Both the position numbers and the translations under genes were made by a program. The notes below the pieces were generated by a model. It was not told the DNA's origin. It did not search any database and worked only from the letters and a program-made list of their open reading frames with translations. A stretch of 64,000 bases of DNA from Tubiluchus corallicola. Its lineage: Eukaryota; Animalia; Priapulida. Positions 27,401-38,817 of the stretch are shown piece after piece (position 1 is the stretch's first letter; each line of letters begins with the position of its first letter). Location of the stretch: the NCBI GenBank assembly GCA_030141605.1, contig JAQGDQ010000051.1, forward strand, positions 248,001-312,000, given 5' to 3'.

Positions 27401-30400
27401 AACGTTAACAATATACTTAGTAAACATCAATTTGATTTTAGACGAAAACACTCTACTACTGATGGCATCATACAGAAAAACAATGTAAGTTTTCTTGGTA
27501 TCTGTGTAGATAACAAACTTTCTTGGGATAACCACTTTAATAAAATTTACGATAAAATGGCATGCGGAACGTCTTACTTACGGCAGGTAAAAGGTCAACT
27601 AACTAAACAGTCAAAGTTATTAATTTTTAAAACTCTCATTCAATCGCACTTTTTATGCGGATGCACACTTTTTCATGAAGTTTCAAGAGACAGCTATAAC
27701 AAACTAAATAGTCTTTAAAATTATGCATTAAGGTTAGTCGCTGGCTATTCAAATAAAACGTCCCTCATAACAAATCAAACCTCTACAACAGAATTAAGAA
27801 CAATGTTTAAAATCCCAATTTTACAAGCACATAAAGACTTCTACACAATCCTGTTTCTATATAAATACATCAACAATATTAACACGCCCTTCTTCAAAAA
27901 TAAGCTTCCACTCCTCTTGGAGCCAACATTAAATCCAAGAACACAATATTAAACAAATACGCACTAATAACAAATACGGCAACAATTCTATCACTAAACA
28001 AGGAGTTCAACTTTGAAATACCCTGCCATCAAATTTAAAACAAATCAAGTCTTTCGACTAATTCAAATCAAAATTAAAAATACATACATTAAATCGTTTT
28101 GAAAATCCAACATACGTAAACGATAATATATATTCATCCACAAATTTTATTTACCCGCGTCTATTTCAAATTATATGTATATATTGCACATAGTCTATTA
28201 TAATTTCCGTGTAATATTATAATGTATATTTTGCTTTAAATTTTTGGCACAGAGTTTTTAGTTTGCACTGGACGCATTTGCCTTTAACAGTTGTGTGAAT
28301 TTTATTCTCATGCTGCGATGTTCTTTTATGCTGTTATAGTTATGAATATCGATTTTTTATGGCAAATAAAGATTACTATGTATATATATATAGTTACATA
28401 TTGTTATATATAACATAGTTATATATACATATGGTTACATATTGGTGGAAACGGTTACATATTCGATAAATGAAAGTGTATTAAGGAGGTTAGCACACAC
28501 AAACACTTACGTGTGCATTTTTCGAATGAATTTCCGTGGAATCGGCATCTTAACAATATTAGTTCTCGTGCTAGGCAGCTATTTAGCTTTGTATTTAGAA
28601 CCTATAAAGCCGGAAACGTGCAGACGTTTAGCAAGTTTTACTATGCACTTGTGCAGCCAATACTTGAAATACTACATAATTGTATGGTCACCACACAGTA
28701 CCACCTAGTGTATCCCATAAAATTGAGTCCGCCCAAACAAAGGCTACCAGATACGTGACTCTGCTAGCGGGCGTTGAAATGGTTAATTAGAATGCTCGTT
28801 CAGTTGCATTTGAAATAATGAGCGTAAAACTGGGCGGAGTTTTGTTCTCAATCTTATTTCTGTTCAAAGAACCAAACAACCGTTTCTCCTGTCTAGTTAA
28901 CTATCAATTGACCTTCTCCAGAACCTCACATTTCTCGGACCACCTGTTACTTAACAGCAACCGTACAACTTATTTGTCGGCTTCCTCTTTAATCGGTTTC
29001 AGCGTTTATGGAACTGGTTATGGATCGAGCTTCCTAGCCACGTAAAGCAAGCAGGGACGCTATTTGCGTTTAATTATAAGACTGTAAATTACTATATGAA
29101 TAACGAATACGTGTTTACTTAGTTGCTAGTATTGCAATTAGCTATTATTTTAACGTATTTTACTTATTCAATGGTCTCACTCCATGGTTTCTACGCTTAA
29201 TCAACTTCAGCTATAGTAACTAAAGTTATTTTATTTTAAGTGTGTGTGCTATATCTGATCTTTATATATTTTAACTTGTCTTTAATGATTAATTATATTC
29301 CCCTATTCACTTCTCTAGTATGGGCCAGCAGGCACCTTGCTTTTTGGGGATAAGTTCCCTGCTGCTGGTCCTGGCACATTAGTAAAACCCTATCGTTGTA
29401 CATACGCTTTTCTTTGTTGCCGTTTTACTTAATCAGTTCAATCGTACCAGACGTTTGTGTACTATAAATGTAAAATTACTTCTGTGTCATATTCGTCGCA
29501 CCCGAACTTTTTAATTCTCAAGGCTTTAGAGGAAAGGTTACATAAATATTTAGTTTTGTGTTATCAAATCATACGTAAAGACATAGATATAGACAGAGAG
29601 AAATTCTTAACATTAGCTGCGTCTAGTCGAAACAAGAAGTAATAACTCTTAAATTGCGTGTCAAGCGATCCGGTGAAACATTTGTTCACTTTTCCTGATA
29701 AGGTTGTTCTGATTTGGAATAGTTTATCAGAAATTGTGAATGGTGCAAAAGCTGGCAAAAGCTCGAAATGCAAACGTTTTTGAACGCCGTTGAAATTGCG
29801 CGAGACTGGATAAGTTATTTTTTTGTATTTCACATGTAAGAATCATTTGCACACTTTATCTGTTTCCCTTCACCGCCCTCATTATTATGTTGCTTTTTAT
29901 GGGTATATATAATGTGATGTATATATACTTTTTATGTGATGTATAAGTGTGTATATGTATGTACATGTATACTTTAATGCATATTTTATACTTTTCATTT
30001 GATGTATAATAAACTAAAGTAAACTAAATTAAATTTTGAGAAACGTCTTTAATTTTTAACGACAGCAGTTAATAACACTTTACATAATCAGAGTTATACT
30101 CACGTCTAACACTTCTCTCCCCAAGTTCTCTATGCAAAACCACATCAATTGTTTCTTGAGTCACAAGCAAAAAATCTGTAAACATAGGGGTATTATATAA
30201 TAGTAGTATTAGAGTAAAACTAAATTAATAATAAGCACGCTAGTTTTTAATGCCCTACATTGGTCTACATTACAGTGGTTGGTTAGAGTGAGTATATATA
30301 CATATTGCTTATTAAGTGGAAAAAAATTAGCAAATCTACATTGGCTGTTAAACCACGACAGAAGAAATAGCATCTGCTCGCACTAATGGTGTCAAATATG

Positions 30401-33400
30401 AAACGTAGAAAATTCGGCTTTGAGAAAGTTTGAACAGACAGGTATCACTCACCAATAGACCAATATACATTTGAGACCACTTTGAATTACTATTAGTTTT
30501 AGTACTGACTTTAGTTTCAGTGTAGAGTAACAAACCTCGAATATTGAACCAACTTGAGATGGATCAGCATTTGTCGTTTACATTTCTATATATGAGTTTA
30601 CACGATCAAAATTACATCGTCGTCTAATGTAAAGTGACAAATCTTGTTTTGTTGGTTTTGCGTACTCAGCACTTTCATTAAATATTAAAATAACGCTTTA
30701 AGATGCATGTAATAACACCGCTACAAGTTATAAAAATAAAATAGATTTATATGTTAGAGTCTATTTTATATCTAGTATATTTTTATAACTTAAAGCATTA
30801 TTGCATGTATCTGAAAGCGTCATTTCAATGTTACATGACGGTGCTGATGTTGCATACAAATTAACCAAGATTTGCCACTTTGTCCAAGATGATGATGTAT
30901 ACTTATATGTAACAGTGTAAACGACAAATACTGACCATTCTCAAGATGGTATATTTCTAACATATTTCTGTTAACCTATGAAAAGAGTCGTTTGTCTGAC
31001 GTTTCAGTTAATATGACCTTGTTTATAATATGACCTTGTCATACTCTTTGAGTTTGAAAGCTTGTTTACCTGGTAGACCTGACGGATCTTTGTAAAGAAG
31101 CTGAATGTCTCCTTTAACAGCTCTTTCTAGTTTTTGCAGCTGATTTTTGTCTAAAGTTTCGCCCGTAGAGTATCGTCGATATTCTGGGCGACAAATTTGT
31201 TGTATTTGCCTGTTAACTAAAAAAATCAAATGTAAATGTATGTTAGTGATAGTTAGATGTTTTAAGTGACTTTTTGTAAGGCGCTGAATGTTTGTCACTT
31301 TTACCAAATATAGATGGTAAATACGTGCAAATTTAAAACAAATGTACGGCTCACCCTGCTTTGAGAAGCTGCTCTGTACAGTTTTTCCTTTAGTAATTCT
31401 TTAGTTTCTTATCAACTAAGCCGTGCTATAATTCTCTATTCCATGAGTATACTCAATGATTTTTCCGACTAACTGCATAAAAGTGCAAACTCGCTTTTCC
31501 AGCTCAACTTTCGCTTAAAACAAAATGCAATGAATGATATTAACTTACCCATAGGTTTACAACTTGAGCGTCTCTTCCGATGGTGATTAGATTCTTCTAT
31601 CTCGGGTAACAGCCTTTCTTTATCTTGGCATCTAGTAAAACGTTCCGGAGAAGTTGTTTGGTTTCCATAGTTTTGGTGATCTTGTTTCATCTCCAATATC
31701 TCAGGTAAGGACTTTTTTAGCTCTGCAACAGATATACGTTTCCCAGTGTAAAGATGCTCTGTTGTTAAAGAACATCTTCTTTTCGCACTATTGTTGTTAA
31801 ATGTTGCTTCTTTCAACGAGGTGACTCGTGAAGGGCGTCTAGCGGAGGGTGCTCTAGGTTTAATTTGCTCGCGAGGTTGATGCATTTTGGGTTGCTCTTC
31901 CTCGGCAGAGTGACGGCGTCGGTGCGATTTTTTTGTGCTATCATTGTTACCGTAACTGGAAGAAAATGCTTTTGTAAACCTATCATCAGCCGAATGTCTT
32001 CTGATGATGTTGATGAGATCATCTAGCTCAGCGCTTAGTCTAGGTTTACTCCACCTAGAGAAAACAGCAGGTCGTCCTTTAGGCAAACCATCAATGCCTG
32101 TAGTAGACATATAAGGATCATGTTGTCTGCTGTTGTTCATGGTGTTACGCCTAGACAAATTGCAAAGAAGTAATGGTGTAGGCTGATCTATCTTATCTCC
32201 AGCAGAATAACGCCGTAGTTGGTCATTCTTATGGCTAAGGTTTTGTTTGCTTATTACATCATCGGCAGATCGACGTCGGGGTTTGTTATTTTTTAATTCG
32301 TAACCCAATAACTGAGCATCTGCTTGAGATTGACGTCGCAGATGCGCAGCTGCTAAACGGAATATTTCATTTTGCTCAAGAAGGGCACTAGAGCGGCGAT
32401 TATGTTGCTTATTTTCTGCGTCGAAAAGCTGTACATTATATTCAAAAGTATGAGGCATTTCTGTAACGTTGCTCTGTCCAGTGTTTGGAATTGCTTTATA
32501 ATGTTCACCTTCTTGGGAGAAATTTCTGCTACAATCCGTGGACCGATGTCGTAAACTAGACTTGAAAGCTTGTAAAGACGAGTCGGGCGGCTTTCTCATG
32601 AGTGAATCTGAACTGTGCCGTTTGAAAAATCGTTCTTTTGGCGACATTTTAGTCTTACGCTTAACACCATGTTCACTTCTACTTTCTAACCCAAGTTCCA
32701 AACATCTAACGCGATTGGAAATGTCTTCTTCATAGCTAGCCTTTCTTTTTACTTGCAATTTGCCTTCCATTTCAGGTTTTTCAGGAACAATATTTATTGG
32801 ATGTAGTTGGTGACTAACTGTTTCACCAATCGTGTGAGACAATTCTGTGGCAGCGAACCTAATTTCAGACCTAAATTGAGGGTTTTTAATGTCATCAGAT
32901 TTCACCACAGGTATTTCCTTTTCCCACCTTTCACTTTCATGCTTCTCTTTGACGCTCCGTTTCTCAAATCTAGTACTACTTTTATGAGCAGAAAGGTTTT
33001 CTTCACTTTCAGATTTGTCACTTTTTGATCTTGATCCAGAAATGGATTCATTATTACTGGAAGAAAGTTTGCGTCGTTTTTCATCTGAATTTCTTGAACG
33101 TGGTAGATTAGTTTCCCCACTGTTATCTACTACTTGCTTTTTTCGTCGACGAGAAGAAACTCTTCTATGCCAGGACTCCTTTCTTTCCAGTTTGAGCTGA
33201 GTTTCATCTTCTTCAGAGTCATCTTGTTTTTGGTGCACAGGGGAAGTCATTTCTGGCCACAGTCGTTTGGTCATTAAGCGATTTTCTTGTGACACGCTGT
33301 CTCGTCTGTCCCGGGAGTACTGAATGTGATCAGAATCATTTGACTGTTCTGGACTTAACCTACCGTCTGCTGAATCAGAATCCAAATCAGCTCCCTGCCA

Positions 33401-36400
33401 ATTCGAAGACAAAAATAAATATATTTTTGTAGTTAATCGATATAGTACCTTTTATGTAACACTACAATAAAGTCTGTTAATTAAATGCATGGCAGTTCTA
33501 AAAGGCGTGTTAAATGGTTCATATCTTTATAAATCTTGAAATTAAACCCAACTGTTAATAACTTATGATTATTTCATATTGTAACAATATTTCTCGTTAA
33601 CACTTGATTATTAAAATGTTTCAGACTTACGTAACTCGATGACAAACATTTACTGTAAATTACGTACATTTTCCTCTTCAGAATCGTTTGGCTGAGTTAC
33701 ATCATGCAGTAGCTTTTCGCACAATGCTTGGCTGCTGTAATATGGTTTTGCTTTGTTTCCGTGATACCACGTACCACTAGCACACAAAATATCTCTTTTG
33801 ATTTGGCATCGTTTGCACATCCATTTGGTTAGCTAGAGATGAAAAACTGTGTCAATTAAAGGAGCTTTTTGCCCACTGTCATGTAATTTTACAGAACAAT
33901 ACAGAATAAGTATTAGAATAAACAACAGTATGAAAGTGGGTGATGTAAAGCTTCACCACTAAGCGCATTTATTTCCAGAAACGCAACGTTTTATCAGGGT
34001 TTTCTGTAATTGTCAAGTACCTAAAAGTTTATAGGACTGCAATTACCAACAGGAACCAAAGTTATCAATGTGTAAAATGAATTAATAATTCGTCGAACTC
34101 TTTAATTAATATTGCTGATAGTTTTTAAATTTTTTAAAGTGCTTGGCAATGGCAGAAAAAGCTAAAAAGTCGTGTTTCTAGAAAAAATACATTTAGTGAT
34201 GAAGTTTTACAACACTTTCTTGATACCATTGTTTATTCTTAGATTTTTGAACAGCTCGTCTATTGCTAACATTTCATCTTTATGGTTGTGGTCATTTTAT
34301 TTGCTCGCTGAAACCGCAATACGTCTTTGTCGCAGTTTTTCACAACGAAAAAATTTCGAAAGTGTGAAAGAAGTGAACTCCTTTCAAGTAGATCTTTGAA
34401 TAAGACAAAGAGTTTTTCGAGCACGGTAATTGCCTACTTGTTTTCTTAGAAGTTTTCCTGAAATTTTGTACCGCAAAGAACCTGTTCAATTATTAAAAGT
34501 TATCACTGACATTTAATGGTTATGGTCAGTCTGTCGGTTATCGAGATCATGCATTTGTAAATGTCTAACCTGTAGACTACCTATTCGTGCTTAACAATTA
34601 TCAGTTTGCACAAACTCGCGAACAGCTGAATAAAAAACTTTACCATTTGCCGTTGATGTTGTTGCGGGCGACGTGACGTCGTATATTTTCCACATTCTTT
34701 ACAAGCTCTTGATCCGCACCATCCACACTTACTAGGGTGATATCTCTCATATGATTTAAAGCAAAGTCGGCATGCATATTTACTAATAGACTGTTGAGTA
34801 GATTTTGCTATCTGAAGACGCTTTGCTGTACGTTTTTCTAAGCGATCCAGATCCTTATTTAATCTTCTATGAAAAAAGAAACCTGACGATATTACATGGT
34901 AACATCTGTGTTATGCGTCATAATATTGTTGGGATCTGCTAGAAAGTTATTGGGACACTTATTAGACCGCGCGAGGGCAAAACTGGGAGTCCTCTATTTA
35001 TTGGTTTTGAATCTGTATTACAGTCTTTCAACAGGTATTAAAATATCTATATGTATAGATATATTTGCAATTGATATTGTACGCTAATGCTTGGTTTAGG
35101 ACTTGACAAGCATTAAACTATTCATTGCATTGGGATCGTCTCATTGATAAATCGTTTATTTTAATCCAGGTAGCTGTCAAGAATCATAAGGTTAAGGTAT
35201 TAGCTATTTAATTTGCATTACTGTTTTTTGGTAACTATATCTTATTCCTGAGAAACGGAATCGTGTCTGGATCTACCTGCCAACGGAGAATAATTTAGGC
35301 CTATTTAGATGGAAAGACGTTTAGGGGTAAACAAAATGCAAAAAATGTATTTGTTTAAAAAATTTTAGACTCTAAAACAAGGGTAGCATACATTATTACG
35401 TCATATAATTTGTCATTTAAATATAGAATAGAACATAGAACCTACAGAATATTAGGTTACGTATTCGCGATTTTAATGAACACACTATGTTTGTGAAAAA
35501 CATGGATGAACTAGAAATTGCTAACGCAACTTGTCAATTTAGAAATAAAATGTCCAAAGATCGAAATAATGTGGACTTGTCAGTTATTAAAAAGGCGATA
35601 GACCGTGTTGCAGAGCCTTTGGTTTGTTTATTATACTTGTATTTTTCCGAAGATGAAAAATAAAAAATAATCCCGATTTTAAAGATGGAAAACGTAGCCA
35701 ATTCACAAATTATAGACAGCTTTCACCGCTTCGACAGTTTTCAAAAGTTTTAGTTCTCCAGCAATCGTTTAAACACGTTTAGTTGAAAAGCACAAAATTT
35801 GTAATAGTAGCCAATGTAGTTTTAGAGTTCAGCATTCCACATCTCTGACTTCAAATGAACTAATAGAAGATACAACATCTGCAATTGACAAAAAGAAATT
35901 TTCTATTGGCGTTTTTATTGATGGTTTCGAAGGATTAGATAACCAGTTATCAAGAAAATGTGGAACAATTTGTTAAATTAGATGAGTGGAAGTCACACTG
36001 TTTGAACATTATATGAGGCATTTCAGAAAGTTCGATTTTAGGCCAGACCTTGTCCCCTAAATGATATTTGTAAAATATAAGACGTGTTAAAATTCATTTT
36101 ATTTGCAGATGACACAAATGCGGTTGGTACAGGGAATAATATTTGTGAATTGCATTATATGAGAAGTACTGAATTATTTGAATTAAGTCGGTGGTTTGCA
36201 GTAAATAAGCGGGCGTTGAACTTGTGTAAAACAAAATTTATGTTATTCCGTAAAAAACGTGATAATGCGAAAGTAAAAATCCGAATTGGAAATACACATA
36301 CAGAAAGGGTTTATGTAGCAATTTTTTAGAGATTTTAATAGATCACAAACTTTCTAGGAAATTAGGTTTATTAAATCAAATGCAGAAAGCATTGCGAAAA

Positions 36401-37428
36401 CGTACATAATTCAATATTTGCTAGAGCATACGTTGATCTAAGCGCTGTATGCGTCATTAATCCTACCGTATTTATCCTACTGCTGCGAGATATGAGAAAA
36501 TGCTAACGTAACAAATATTGATTCTAAGTTTCAAAAAAGGTAGAGCAATTTGGAGATCACACAAATTTGTTGTATGATATAAAACCTTAAAACTGGAAGA
36601 TATGATAGAATGGAAAACAGCAGTTGTACAGCGCAATACGAGAAATTTCTCTTTCACCAACAAATATTCAGAAGCTTTTTTCAGTAGTAAATCATGAGAT
36701 GATAAATACTAGACAGGTAGGAAATTCTGTCACACCTTATGCGAGAACCAACAAAAAATAATGTGCGTCTCATGTACATCACAAATTTGTGGAATGCGAT
36801 AAATGATAATATCAAAATTGTAAAAATACACATATATACATTGTGCCAACTGCGGTTACTAAAAAGGTTTTAAGGTATATTTAGTTGCTTACAAATTTGA
36901 TAGTCTTTTAAAATTATATGTTTAACATAGTTTTATTTTTTTAATGTCCATGTTTTACTCGAGTCATGTGCAATGGATGAAGGATTTTATACAAGCCCGA
37001 GTGGTAAATTTTAACAAACCGACTGTTTGTAAATTTTGCATAATGTGTTTGTAAATTTTTTTAGTCTGTAAATATATAAACAAAAATGAAATGAATAAAT
37101 AAATCCAATCTAGTTTAGTTTAATCAAATTTAATAATGTACGTTCTCAGCTGTAATGAAAAAGAAGCATAGCATTTACTCAAGAATTTATATACCTGAGT
37201 CTTCTTGTTTCTTCTTGGTCAAATTCTTCTTGTTTTCTGAATACTTCTTCTAAAATTGCCAGTTCGTGTGCAGTTAGATGGGACAGCCTGGGTGATGGCG
37301 GGGAAGGCGGCTGACTGTGAGTTTCTTCTAAAACAAAGTGTCCGGCTACAGCTTGCAACCCAGTCGGTTTTTTCCTTGCCTATTAATGATCAAGCAAACA
37401 AATAAAGATATATTTATTGTTTTTATTG

Positions 37429-37468
<40 letters not shown>

Positions 37469-38750
37469 TGCAGCTAGGTAGATATATTTTTTGCATATAT
37501 CTTCATGCCACAGTCGTTTAGTGAACATCTTTGATAAAATATATATATTAATTTTTAAAATCACTTCATTCACTCTGTTTCATCAAAAGTGTATATTTCA
37601 ATCACAAACATGACATGTATTTACACACTGTTTACAAACAGATTACAACAAATGATAAGAACACTATACACACATAAAAAAGACATCACGCTTAAAATAA
37701 TTAGCCTAAACGGCTAATTGACTGAGCTAAAAATTATGAGTGAAGCAGGACTTGAACTCAGAACTTGTGCTTACAGGGCACACGCCCCACCTTTTAAAAC
37801 ACTGATTATTTCTTTTTTTGCCATCTGTTAAATTAAGAAAGTTTCTCCAGGTTTTATTAATTATTATCACCTTATTGGTAATTTTTAATGTTAATTACTA
37901 ATATCCGAAATTGCTTAATGCTGACAGTAAGCCGGCAGATGAAGTTTTCATATTGCTTGTATAAGAAAAAAACTGAGAAAAAACTTTAAACACGAAAACA
38001 GTATATTAAGAGGACACACGAAATAAATATGAACATCCCTTTACTGTACAACTATTGCATACGACTTTGAAGCTCGGCGACACGCAGCCCTGGATTAACC
38101 ATTAAGCAAAATAAATATGTGCTTAGGGCCTCATGGGAAGAAGAGTCCTACACAGTTTTTTTAAATCGAATAATTACCCAAAATATACCAGATTAAAATA
38201 AAGCATATGCCCTAGCATTTACTGTCAATAAGTCTTACTGCAAGTTTTTGTTTTATTCTGAAAGATAAAATTTCAAAAAATACAGTTTAGCATTGGTTTT
38301 ATTCTGAATGGGTTACTATAATCTTTTCGGTGCTGTTTTAGGCCTCTTGGGGTTTTAATCCATCTCTGGAGCCTACACGGTTATCTCTTTTAATATCTTT
38401 GACTCGAAAAACTCATTTCGCTGTTTGTTAGAAATGCACAGATTATCATAATGCCACTCGAGTTCAATTAATTACAATATGGCTGGCGTTGGCTGCAAAC
38501 ATATGAATGCTTTTCATAACTTTTGTCAGTACCTAATCCTTTCATTATGTCAAGTAATTATTGCTGTTAGGTATCATAATGCCTGGAGACCCTAACAAGA
38601 ATTTCTAATTATCCTAGTCTGCATCATTCATTGCCTCTTGTAGCTACCGCTGAATTAAACTCTACTAGCATAGCTCGACCTGCAGCGAGGCGTATTCATG
38701 TTCAACTTGCTGTAATTGATTCTACAGCCTTAGAAAAGCGGCGTGCGTCT

Positions 38751-38817
<67 letters not shown>

